DNA from: Mobula hypostoma | Lineage: Eukaryota | DNA: 64,000 bases | Direction of reading: 5' to 3' | Assembly (NCBI RefSeq): GCF_963921235.1 | Contig: NC_086097.1 | Span: 159,714,001-159,778,000, forward strand | Notes under the pieces: generated by a model | Seen by the model: only the letters and a program-made list of their open reading frames with translations | What the model was told of the DNA's origin: nothing | Databases searched by the model: none | Shown: positions 1 to 11,600 of the stretch, piece by piece | Layout: each line of letters opens with the position of its first letter | Position numbering within the stretch: position 1 is the first letter of the stretch | Made by a program: the position numbers and the translations under genes

Positions 1-1074
1 ATTTCAAACATTCTTCTTCTCCTTTGAAATTCAGCACAAGGTAAGGTTTTAACAAAATCTAGTGCCAAGCAAATCGTGCAGATTCCAAAATGATTCACAG
101 TAATGGGTTGATGGTGAACTTCAATGAGCATGAGTTTGGTGTTTGAAGTATTATCAGAAAACTCATCATTTACATGCAGATAGACTGCAGATATGAAGAG
201 TTTTTTAAAATTTAGTTTTTGTGCTTTTGTACTTGCTTTCATCAATGTTGTTTTTCTCTAGCCTGATTTTTCTGCAGTTCACCCAGCATAGTTTAATTCC
301 ATTTAGCTGCAAGAGAAATTTCTAAAGAGTGACATTCTTATGTAGGACAACAGATCAATTAGTCTGCTACTCAAGATTGAGGCAAACCAGTAATTATTTA
401 ACAATTCTGTAGTTATTAATACAGATGACTATCTTCTGGTTTGTTTTCAAATATTTAGGAAACTCTGACATGGAAAGCCATTGAAGTTGAAAAGTATGAA
501 CTCCTAAATTCCAAATAGTTCATTTGTGACATCTTACTGCTTCCTATGAAGGCTAACAGATGTTAAAGCTATCATTAATATAAAAACAGTTGCTCATTAG
601 CTGACAGTTAATTGCATGCAATGTTTTGTGATACAATTCTGCTTCACTAATGGCCCGCATGACACTATTATAAGTGCATTGCATCATTATAAGATAGCAA
701 AATGATGTCTCATGTGACATATAAAAAGTGAATGGAGTCTATTCAGCACCTGATGTAGCTATGTAGATGATCTCATTATAAGATAAAGCAGTTGATGGAT
801 TCCACTCACACAGAAAGGAAATGTGCTTTCCTTTGCTTTGGTAACAAATTTTACCAAGACTCTGCAGCAGCAAAAACTGTAATTATTTCATATTTTCTTT
901 GACAATGAAAATAATCTATAAACACATTACGTTCCTATTCTGAATTTTGCTACTCCTACCTTCTTTTGACCATGTTTTTTTGTTTGCCCTTCTCAATATA
1001 TAACTGCTCCCATTCACTCATGGACCAGATAATGTTGTTTACAGTTTAGCCCCAAGGTCACTTTGGGTTTACAA

Positions 1075-1260
1075 TGAGACACCTGCCTCTTTCACTCACC
1101 TAGAAGTTTGACAAGTTTCTTTTGTCTCCTTCCCAGTTCTGATGAATGGTCATTAATCTGAAATATTAATTCTGTTCCTCTTGTGAAAGAGGCAGCCTGA
1201 CTTGTTGACTCTTTCCAGCATTTTGTTTTTATTTTCAATTTCCAGCATTTGCACTTTGTT
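1075..1260 (+). mobile_element. Decayed Penelope-like 3' terminus with degenerate hammerhead motif
   Basis: agttCTGATGAatggtcattaatctGAAAtattaatt (1135-1171) followed by gcctgacttgttgactctttccagcatttt...tttccagcattt, the same layout as the tail at 16522-16655. Confidence 0.55.
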
Positions 1261-2508
1261 TTATCTCAGAACCCACTCCACTATGTAATCAATTCAGTTA
1301 ATTTCTGTGTGAAAAGTCCTACCAAACAAAACTTTAGATTGTTTACTGAATTTCATATTTTGGAAATAACATTAAGGATTGGCCTCAGTGTCACAGTATT
1401 AGCCTACTTGGATCTTGAAGTCTGGTGTTCCAATCTCTAAGGTCAAGGTTCATCTTTTACTTCTATGCCACGTTAACAAGTACACTTCTTGGCATAACAC
1501 TTGCTCTGTTACCCCAACAACTGAGAGTTAATTGATTTCATTCTAGTCTTCACTGCCCATAGTTAAGAAGTCAAAGAGACTTATTTGCATACTGTAGATC
1601 CATCATGTTTACTGTTATCTGACAGTGTTAAGTGATTTTGTGTGAAGCCCAACTGCAACTGCAGTCTGTGATCTGATGGTCATTCCATGGGTTTGGAATC
1701 TCACTTTTGGTTGTGTGGATTGCCTTCTTGTCTCAAATAAAATGATTGTATATACAATTCCCCTTCCAAACTCATGAGCTAAAAATACATTTGTCCTTTC
1801 CCTTGATAGGAGTGATTTGCTTAGTTAATTTGATACAAGGAGATGCCTCATATAAATACAAATGCAAAAGCCTTATACAAATACAACTCTTTCTTTTCTG
1901 TTTGGCATTCCTTCTTTTTAGCACAGTGACTCCGCTCGCATCCACACATCTGAGTGTAACTGCACTGGGTGGTTTCCTGCTGCCTCGCACCCCACGATGG
2001 TCAGTAAGCCAGTGTTTCATGTGACACAACTTCAACATTCTCTCCTGGGCCAACAAGTCCAGGCTTGACACTCTAACAACACCAAGTCTACACCATTAGA
2101 CAGTTGCAACATCATACTCCCAGAACAGATCATCTATGTTGGTTCCTGTTGGCATTGTAATGGTATTTATTGGATAATTGCATGCCCAAATCCACAATCA
2201 TAAAGCAGATGGTCTATGCCGACCCATGTCATAGGATGGGTAGATGGGTATATGTTCAAGGCCTCCTTAAATGAATGCAACCTCCCCACTTGACTTCCGG
2301 GAATCTCAGACCAATGACTATTTAAAGTGGAGAAGCAGCATTTAGGCTGTGTCCATACATCACAAGCCCAGAAGGATGAACACTCTCACCTCATAAACTA
2401 CCCATCCTACAGCCCTATTAGGCACCTCTTGCCCCATTTATGGAAGAGGCTTATTTACACGGCGTCGGCAGTCACTTCAGCACCCATAAAGCTAGAGTGA
2501 AGGGAAGT

Positions 2509-2586
2509 CAGCTAATTGGGACAGCTGCTTAATTGAGCCAAAATGTACTAGTCTTGATATGTCCCAATTAACCAGAATCCACTGTA
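2509..2586. mobile_element. Single terminal segment of a Tigger/pogo-like (Tc1/mariner) MITE
   Basis: Ends ...cccaattaaccagaatccactg|ta (CAGTGG-type TIR plus TA) with internal taattggg/cccaatta repeats; partner TIR not found. Confidence 0.45.
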
Positions 2587-3451
2587 TTCACTTTTGTACT
2601 TTCCTCCCCTTTCTCTCCACCTGAAAGCTTGTTTATTTCTATTTTTTTTTCCAATTCTGATATTAGGTTATACATCTCTGTCCTTCTTCCCTATTCCCTG
2701 CTCGGTATTAATTTTTAAAATTTTTCTGGTTATATGGATCACTTCTCAATAGAACTATTAAATAAAAGGCAACTGTCTTGCTAATTGCATTGGTTGGTAT
2801 TTAAAAACATAACCCATCAAATTGTCTAGATGTGATACTGGCTGGTTATCAAATTAGCTGATATCAATTATGTGGCAGGTAGCTGCTGACATTCTCAATG
2901 CTGATGAAACCATGTGTCTGACTATCAAGTGAGAAACTAGTAAAGTTGAGTTTATTGCTCATGGTAAGGTACAGGTGCAATGAAAAATTGTACCTGCTTG
3001 CAGCAGTATCACAGGCATGTACAGTAGATTCAAGCAAAGGACATAACATAACTTATACATACAGTGCCTATAAAAAGTATTCAGCCCCCCTTAGAAGTTT
3101 TCATGTTTTATTGTTTTACAACATTGAATCACAGTGGTTTTAATTTGGCTTTTTTGACACTGATCAATGGAAAAAAAATTCTTTTGTGTCAAAGGGAAAA
3201 CAGATTTCCACAAAGTGATCTAAATTAATTACAATATAAAATGGAAAATCATTGACTGCGTAAGTATTCACCCCCTTTAATATGACACACCAAATCATCA
3301 CTGGTGCAGCCAATTGGTTTTAGAAGTCACATCTTTAGTTAACTGAAGATCAGAATATGGAGACAAGGTGTTTCAATTATTGTAGTAAAAATACACTTGT
3401 ATCTGGAAGGTCAAGCTGCTAGTGAGTCAGTATCCTGGCAAAAACTACACC

Positions 3452-4796
3452 ATGAAAACAAAAGAACACTCCAAGCACTCTGTGAAAAGGTTATTGAAAA
3501 GCACAAGTCAGGAGATGGATACAAGAAAATTTCTAAGTAACTGAACATCCTTGGAGTACAGTTCAGCCAATTATCAAGAAATGGAGAGAATATGTACAGC
3601 TGTAAATCTGCCTAGAACAGGCCATCCTCAAAAGTGAAGTGACCGTGCAAGAAGGGGAGTAGTGAGACCTATGGCAACTGTGGAGAAGTTACAAGCTTGA
3701 GTGGCTGAGATGGGAAAGACTGCACATACAACAACTGTTGCCCGGGTGCTCACCATTTACAGCTTTATGGAAGAGTGACAAACAGAAAAACACTATTGGA
3801 AAAAAACTCGCACAAAATCTTAGAAACATAGAAACATGGAAACATAGAAAACTTACAGCACAATACAGGCCCTTCAGCCCACAAAGTTGTGCTGAACATG
3901 TCCCTACCTTAGAAGTTACTAGGGTTACCCATAGCCCTCTATTTTTCTAAGCTCCATGTACCTATCCAAAAGTCTCTTAAAAGACCCTATCGTATCCACC
4001 TCTACCACCATTGCCGGCAGCCCATTCCACACACTCACCACTCTCTGCGTAAAAAACTTACCCCTGACATCTCCTCTGTCCCTACTCCTAAGCACCTTAA
4101 ACCTGTGCCCTCTTGTGGCAGCCATTTCAGCCCTGGGAAAAAGCCTCTGACTATCCACATGATCAATGCCTTCCTGGCTAGAGTTTGCCAGAAGGCATGT
4201 GGGATACTGTGAAGTCAGCTGGAAGAAGGTTCTATGGTCTGATGAAACCAAAATTGAGTTTTCTGGCCACCAGACTAAACACTACGTTTGGCGTAAGCCA
4301 AACACCACACATCATCAAAAACACACCATCCCATGGTGGTGGCTGCATCATGCTGTGGGGATGGTTCACTGAAGCAGGCCCTGGAAGGCTTCTGAAAGTA
4401 GAGTGCAAAATGAATGTAGCAAAATACAAGAACGTCCTGGAAGAAAACCTGGTGCAGTCTGCAACACAACTGTAACTTGGGAGAAGATTTGTTTTCCGGC
4501 AAGACAATGACCCCAAACATAAAGCCAAAGCTAAACAGAAGTGGCTTAAAAACAACAAAGTTAATGTCCTGGAGTGGACAAGTCAGACTCCAGACCTCAA
4601 TCCAATTCAGAATTTGTGGCTGGACTTGAAAGGGGCTGTTCACTCACGATCCCCATGCAATCTGACAGAGATTGAGCAGTTCCGTAAAGGAGAATGGGGA
4701 AAAATTGCAATGCCCAGATGTGCAAAGCTGATAGAGACCTATCCACACAGATTCAAGGCTGAAATTGCTGCCAAAGGTACATCTACTATATACTGA
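3452..4796 (+). pseudogene. Tc1 transposase pseudogene (frameshifted, interrupted by a CR1 fragment)
   Basis: MKTKEHSK start; VLWSDETKIE, HGGGCIMLWG, QDNDPKH, PDLNPIQNLW (catalytic E position reads Q); fragments in ORFs 4166, 4185, 4614. Confidence 0.9.
3821..4171 (-). mobile_element. CR1 LINE 3' fragment nested in the Tc1 transposase
   Basis: ORF 3925-4251 TRGHRFKV...FFTQRVVSVWNGLP; (tttctatg)n-type tail at 3821-3850. Confidence 0.9.
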
Positions 4797-5089
4797 CTTG
4801 AAAGGAGTGAATATTTATGCAATCAATTATTTTGTGTTTTTACAAACGGTGTATATTTGTAATTAATTTTGATCACTTTGAAGAGATCTGTTTTCATTTT
4901 GACACAAAAGAGTCCTTTTCTGTTGATCAGTGTAAAAAAAAATGCCAAATTAAATCATTAAATCCATTGTGCTTCTCTGTTGTAAGACAATAAAACATGA
5001 AAACTTCTAAGGGGGTGAATACTTTTTATAGGGACTGTAAATGATGTACACATAAGATGGTGTGTAAAAAGACTGTTCAAAACAGGGCA

Positions 5090-6120
5090 TTAAGATATTG
5101 GAGTAGAGTTACGTCATTTATCCCATAGTAGAGGCTGCTCTACCACTTGATCATGGCTGATCCATACCCAGTGGCCACTTTATCAGCTACACCTGTTCAG
5201 CTGCTCATTAATGCACATATCTAATCAGCAAGCACACCGCAACAACTCGGTGCATAAAAGCATGCAGACATGGTCAAGGGGTTCAGTTGTTCAGAACAGA
5301 CATCAGAATGGGGAAGAAATGTAACCTAAGAGACTTTGACCATGGAATGATTCCTGGAGCCCGATCGGGTGGTATGAGTATCTCAGAAACTGCTGATCTC
5401 CTGGGATTTTCACACACAACAGTCTCCAGAGTTTATGGAGAATGGTGTGATAAAGAAACAAACATCCGGTTAGTGGAAGTGTGCACCTTCTGAAAGAGAG
5501 AGTTCAGAAGAAAATGTTCAGACTGGTTCAAGCTGCCAGGAAGGCGGCAGTATCTCAAGTAACCGTGCGTTATAACAGTGATGTGCGGAAGATTATCTCT
5601 GAATGCAGAATTTGTTGAACCTTGAAGTGGACGTGATATAGAAGCGGAAGACATACACTCAATTGCCACTTTATTAGGTACAGGAAATACCCACAGCCTT
5701 CCCCCCCATAACCTCTCACACCCTTACTAATCAAGAACCTACCAACTTCCACTTTAAATATACATAATAAATTGTTCATCATGCCTGTTTGTGGCAATGA
5801 ATTGAACAAATTCACCATCTTCTTACTAAAAAAATAGTAAGAATAGTTCTGTTCAAAGGGACATCCTTCTATTCTGAAGCTTTTCCCTCTGGTTCTACAC
5901 TCTTCCACTCTTGGAAACATCTTCTCCACATCCACCTTGTCTAGGCTGTTCAATGTTCAGTAGTTTTCAATGATATCTTCTTGCAATGTCTGGACATTGC
6001 AATGATATTCTTCTCATATGTTAACCCTTCCATTCCCTGGATCATTTTCATAAATGACCTCTGGACTCTCTCCATTGCCACCATATCCTTTCTTGGATAT
6101 GAGGCCTCAAATTGCAAACA
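5090..6120 (-). mobile_element. Decayed CR1 LINE 3' part, split by a Tc1-derived MITE
   Basis: ORFs 5570-5953 and 5950-6168 (ERVQRSFMKMIQGMEGLTYE; KMVNLFNSLPQ); 3' UTR continues left of 5165. Confidence 0.8.
5167..5691 (+). mobile_element. Non-autonomous Tc1-derived element (left TIR + HTH-coding remnant + second TIR copy)
   Basis: cagtggccactttat TIR; MGKKCNLRDFDHGMIPGARSGGMSISETADLLGFSHTTVSRVY resembles the Tc1 N-terminal HTH; homologous to the minus copy at 59686-60231. Confidence 0.85.
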
Positions 6121-6279
6121 AAAAACAACCACAGGCAAGGCCATATTCATGCAAGAGGTGGTTCCCACTGTCCTGTTGCTAAGGAATGATTAAGACTGAG
6201 CAGATCAGTGAGTTCAAGAACCTGTAGATTGTAGGCGAGTAGCTGTTCATGAACTTGGTATTGTGGGATGTCAGAGTTC

Positions 6280-6780
6280 AAGGGCAGGGAAGTTACGATA
6301 CAGGTTTATAAAACTTCAGCTAGACTACATTTAGAGTATTCCATTCACTTCCAGTTGGCCTATTATTGGAAGGATATGGAGGCTTTGGAGAGAGTGTAAC
6401 AAATGTTTATCAAGAGGCTGCCTGGATTAGGAGGGATGTGCTATAAAGGAGATATTGCACAAACTTAAGTTGTTTTCTCTGGTGTAACTGAAGCAGAAGG
6501 GCAATCTGATAGAGGTTTCTAACATTATGAGAGGCAAAGATTGAGTAGACAGCCAGTATCTTTCTTCCAGGGAGAAAATGTCTCATACCAAAGGGCTTGC
6601 ATTTAAGGTGAGAAAGGAGTTGTGCAGGGCAAGTGTCCCCCCCCCAAAAAAAAACACAGGGAGTGGTGGGTACCCAGGAATGCTCTGCCAGTATTGACGA
6701 AGCAAATGTGCTAGTGGTATTCTAAAACCTTTTAGATAGGCACATAAATGCACAGGGAATGGAAGGATATGGACATAGTT
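6280..6780 (+). mobile_element. Decayed CR1 LINE 3' fragment
   Basis: aggatatggaggctttggagagagtg...ctgcctggattag...gatagaggtttctaacattatgagaggc matches CR1 ORF2 C-terminus. Confidence 0.7.
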
Positions 6781-6804
6781 GTACATACTATGTCAGATGT
6801 TAAG

Positions 6805-7700
6805 TCTCTGAATATCCTGGGCAATAGCAATACCTACATTAAGCTGCTGTTTATTAATTGCAGCTCAGCGTTCAACACCATGATACCGTCAGTACTAATC
6901 AACAATATCCAAAGCCAGGGCCTTTGTACCTCACTCCTGACTTCCTTGACTTCCTCATCGGGAGACCACAGTCAACGTGGATCAGAAATAAGATCTCCTC
7001 CTCACTGACAACCAACAACTGGCCCACCTCAAGAATGCATGCTTAGCCCACTACTCTACTTTCCACACCCACGACTGAGTGGTTAGGCACAGCTCAAATG
7101 CCGTCTATAAATTTGCCTGTGACACAACTATTGGCAGAATTTCAGATAGTGACAAACAGCCATACAGGGGCGAGATAGATCAACTGGTCAAGCTATGTCA
7201 CAGCAACCACTTTGCACTCAATATCAGTAAGACCAAGGAATTGATTGTGGACTTTAGGAAGGGGAGAATCGAGGGAACACACACCAGTCCTCGCTGAGGA
7301 ATCAGTAACGGAAAAGGTGAGTAGTTTCAAGTTCCTCTGTATCGACATCTCTGAAGATCTATCCCGGGCCCAACATGTCGATGGATTTACAAAAAAAGAC
7401 AGAACAGCTGTTCTATTTTATTCTGAGTTTGTGAAGACTTAGTTTATCACCAAAGACTCTCACAAATGTTGTAGATGTACTGTGGAGAGCATTCTATCCA
7501 GTTTCTTCACCATCTGGAATGGAGGAGCCACGAAACAGGATCAGAAGAAGCTGTAGAAAGTTAAACATTCAGTCAGCTCCATCATGGGCACTATCCTCCC
7601 CAGCATCAAGAATAGCTTCAAAAGACGATACCTCTGAAAGGCAGCATCCATCCTTAAGGACCCCTGTCACCTAGGTCAGGCCATCTTCTTATTGCTACCA
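6805..7700 (+). mobile_element. Decayed Rex1/Babar-like LINE RT region
   Basis: YIKLLFINCSSAFNTMIPS, VYKFACDTTIGRIS, ALNISKTKELIVDFRK, EKVSSFKFL across ORFs 6748, 7079, 7245. Confidence 0.8.
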
Positions 7701-7701
7701 T

Positions 7702-8575
7702 TAGCTAGGGTGCTTAAAACTTTTGCACGGTACTGTTGTAATTTTATGTATTGCACTGTACTGCTGCAAAAAAGTATATAATTACATATATGACTGATGT
7801 TTAGCCTGATTTTGATATGGGTCTCTATTGTGGACTGAGAGCTGGAAGGGGGCAGGGAGAGGAGAGTCATCGTCAAAGCTGCACTTGGAGTATTGGCAAC
7901 AGTTATATGCCCCATAGCTCAGAAAAGATGGGTTGTCATTGAAAAGAGTCCAGAGGAGGTTCACGAGGATGATGCCAGAAATGAAGGGGGTTAACATAGG
8001 AGCATTAATACCTTTGTGCTGTACTCACTGGAATTTAGAAGAGTGCAGGGGCATCTCATTGTATATTTAAAATGGAAGTTCTTAGTTTCCTGATTGGTCA
8101 GGGCATCAAAGGATATCGCGAGAAGGCAGGTGTAAGGGATTGAGTGGGATCCAGTATCAGCCATGATGGAGTGGTGGAGAAAACTCAATGGGCTGAATGG
8201 CCCAATTCTGCTCCTATGTCTTATGGTCTTATGGTAAGGAATGGGGAGAAAGCAGAAAGCACCAGGGAGACATTCTGTATGATCATTAAACCAATGGTTT
8301 GGAATCAAATGACCTTACCTGGTGGCTCAGGGCTCAATGTTTCTGACCCACACTATCCCCTGCCCCTGGCACTCCTTCTCAGCCACCTGTCCCACACCCC
8401 TTCTTTGGCACTCCACCCTTGTCATTCCCAACATCCTTTGCTCCCACCAGATTTACAAACTCACTCTCCACTCCACGTTGACAAATACAGTACTATGCAA
8501 AAGTCTTTTATATATATACACACACATACACACACATCTATATACATATACAGATAAGACTTTTGCATAGCACTG
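7702..8575. mobile_element. Composite Tc1/mariner-type MITE with cagtactgtgcaaaagtc-like TIR copies
   Basis: acttttgcacggtactg (7719-7735), cagtactatgcaaaagtctt (8488-8507) and aagacttttgcatagcactg (8556-8575); the 8488-8575 module is flanked by TA on both sides. Confidence 0.7.
7870..8233 (+). mobile_element. Internally deleted CR1 3' fragment nested in the MITE
   Basis: gaaaagagtccagaggaggttcacgaggatgatgccag...gggctgaatggcccaattctgctcctatgtcttatggtcttatgg tail. Confidence 0.75.
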
Positions 8576-8689
8576 TACTTATTGTAGTTTATAGTTTAAT
8601 ATTATTATTATGTATTGCAATATACTGCTGCTGCAAACAGCAAATTTCACAATATATGCCAATGATATTTAACCTGATTCTGATTCTGT

Positions 8690-10320
8690 TATGTTCTGTT
8701 TGGTGACATACCAAATCTTCTTAAGCATCTAAGAAAGTAGAGGCACTGGCATGGCCTCTTCATGATTACATCTTTGTTCTGGGTCAAGGACTAATTATCT
8801 GAGATATTATAACCCAGGAACTTGAAACTGTTAACTGCCTACATCCAATGCACCAATGAGAACTGATACAGTGACTTTGCTTTTCCAAAGTCCGTGATTA
8901 TTTCCTTGGTTTTGTTGACTTTGGGTGAGATATTATCATCATAGCCCCATTCAACCACGTGTACTATTGCACTTCTGTATGCTAACATATCACCACCTGT
9001 AATTCAGCCTATAACAGTAGTGTCATCCGCAAATTTAGACAAGGTTTTCTAACTATGTTTAGCCACACAGTCACAGGTATAAAGAGAGTACAGGATGGCT
9101 TAAGCACGCAGCCCTGAAGTGCATTTGTGTTGACAGTGTTACGTACCCTGTAACTGGGTTGCCAAACCAGCAGAAATGAACTCTTAGTTGGAGTCTGGTT
9201 AACAGAAACTAATAAAGTTTTATTACAGAAATAAGCAACACAGTACTCTAATCGTTGGGATATAAATGCAACAGGTTAGCAATGATAAAACATACATGTA
9301 CACAGAACTAGGGTAAGAGGAATCAATCAAGCTCTATCGCAGTCTAGGGGTAAAATGATCAGTCTCAAGTGACGCAGAGTTCAGTTCAGCTTAGTACAGT
9401 TCGCAGTAATCGCTGTTGTGCCGTTGGAGAGAGAGATAGAGATAAAGATATTCAAATCTGATTCAGCAGACCTTTGATGTTCTTCGCAGTTAGCTCTCGG
9501 GCGGACCCTTTATTATGTCATCTGTGGCCACCGACTGTGACCCCTCCTCTCCGGATACGACCGTTCTTCCGCGGTGAACCCGGCACCCAGGCAAGGGCGG
9601 ACACACACACCAGGTTCCTGCCGATCGTACCCTTTTACCCTGTGCATCTATCATCGGTTCCCACGATCAGACCTCCAACTCCTACCAACTTGTGGGGGCA
9701 CACCGCTCTTCCAGGGTCTCATTATCTCGTGATCTCATGGTGTCTGTCGTGCCTTAGTGAACGCGTTCTTTTTATCTCCCTGCTGGGGTATCGCCTATCC
9801 ATCAAACTTTAAACAGTTCAGGTTCAAAGCAACCGATCTGTCAATATTCTGAAATGTGTTTCTTTCTCGTTAATCTCTCTCTTCTCTCTTATTAGCATTT
9901 TGAATATTTCTCCATTGTCTCTCTTATCTCTCTCATCAGCATCAATCTTCTGATAACTTGGTTTGTCATCACAACAGTCAATCAGAAGGAGATGTTATTA
10001 CTGATCCCTAGTAATTATGGTCAACCCAATAAAGATGCCAAGAATCCAATGACAAAGGGAGGTACACAGTTCCAGGTCTTGGAACATTGTGATAATTTTG
10101 GAGGAAATGATTTCATTGATCGTCAAGCTACATTCAAGCCTGACATACCAGAATTGAGTGAAGAACCAGTGAAACAGATGCGACTCCAGGTAAATTGAAG
10201 CAGTACAGGAAAATTTTGAAGGAGGAGTTGATTCACATCAAAGCATTTCATTATGCTGGATATATGTACTACCGTATGGTAATCATTGACATAGGTCACC
10301 ATGTTCTTTCTGGGAATTAG
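8690..10320 (-). mobile_element. Old Rex1-like LINE remnant split by a solo LTR
   Basis: gtgtcatccgcaaattt (KFADDT on minus) at about 9020; sequence resumes after the LTR at 9978. Confidence 0.6.
9137..9973 (-). mobile_element. Solo LTR (Gypsy-type), 837 bp
   Basis: TG...CA termini (tgttacg...catcaca), 4-bp TSD acag (9133-9136, 9974-9977); homologous to 58344-59200; AATAAA and TATA-like signals read on the minus strand. Confidence 0.9.
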
Positions 10321-10344
10321 TATGATGGACTACAAGAATAATTG

Positions 10345-10890
10345 AGGATAAAAGTTGGGAAATCATGTTGCATCTGCACACGACTTTGGTAGGAGCATTA
10401 TGTGCAGTTCTGGTCTCTGCATAATCAGTAATCAGAAGGATGTGGAGGCTTTGGAGAGGGTGCAAAACAGGTTCACTAGGATGTTGCTTGGATAAGAAAC
10501 TTTTAGCTATAAGGAGAGGCTGGATAAACTTGAACTGCTTTCTCAAAAGTTTCAGAGGGTAAGGGGTGACCTGATAGAGGTTTATAAAATTAAGAGAGGC
10601 ATCAATAGGGTAGATAGCCAGAGTTACTTTTTCCCCCAGAGTGGAAATATCAGTTACTAGAAGGCATAGATTTATAGAGATGTTTTAGGGTTTAAAGTAT
10701 ACTTACAAGGCAAGATTTTTTTTTACACAGAGAAGTGGTAGGTGCCAGCTATATGCTGCCAGATGTGGCGGTAGAAGCAGATACAACAGCAACTCTGAAG
10801 AGGCATTTAGGCAGGAGTATGAACTGGCAAGGGATGGAGGGATACGGGTCATGTCCAAGCAAGTGGGATTATTTTAAATTGGCTTCAAGG
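10345..10890 (+). mobile_element. Decayed CR1 LINE 3' fragment
   Basis: tgtgcagttctggtc...ggatgtggaggctttggagagggtgcaaaacaggttcactaggatgttg. Confidence 0.75.
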
Positions 10891-11399
10891 TTGCAGCGTG
10901 ATACTTTCCTATGTTCTTTGTTCAGGTTCCATGTCTTGAAGAACAGTATGAAAGACTAGAAAACAATGAACTGGGTACAAAAATATATGACAATATGGAG
11001 AGGACCGTGAGGAAGGTTCCAAAGTGTAAATGGGAAATGAAACTGGAGATCATGATAGGATTCATTTCCTTGCTACTATTTGTTTCATTTGTTAATTAGA
11101 CTAGAGCTCAGAAATTCCAGGTTTCGTTTGCTGTTGGTTACAAAAAATTCTAATTGTTACCAGCCAACCAGTAATTGTCCAAATTAATTTTTCTCAGTTT
11201 CATGAAACAACCATACAATTAGACCCTTGTATGCCCCAGGGACTTTGGCAATGATGATCATTGCTGCAATGTGCTTTGAATAAAATACATTTCTGAAATT
11301 ATGCAGTGGCGGGGAACACTATCTGATACAACAAATTACAAAAGCACAGCCTCTTGAGCTATGTTACAACCTTTTCAGCACACCCAAATGGATTGAAGC

Positions 11400-11600
11400 A
11401 TCTGCACTAATAAATTCTTGAGACATCAGAGGTATTAATATTTGTAGAATAATATCTACTCAAATATTGATGCAGTGTACATTAAGAAACACTTAATTCA
11501 TGTGATCCAATAACCAAAAAGCTGTCTGTGCACTTCAAAAAAGTAATTTGTTGTGTGAAGTGCTTTGGGATGTTCCTCCTGAATAATTGCAGGAGTTATT
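11400..11600 (+). mobile_element. Possible ancient DeuSINE (SacSINE/AmnSINE-like) 3' remnant
   Basis: cacttcaaaaaagtaatttgttgtgtgaagtgctttgggatgtt resembles the recalled DeuSINE tail. Confidence 0.35.

Larger units (their letters stand above)
3062..5037 (+). mobile_element. Full-length decayed Tc1-family (DD34E, IR/DR type) DNA transposon
   Basis: TA|cagtgcctataaaaagtattca...tgaatactttttatagggactg|TA; long (>200 bp) TIRs with inner direct repeat aagtattcaccccctt near 3262 and its inverse near 4801; TA TSD at 3060-3061 and 5038-5039. Confidence 0.95.
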
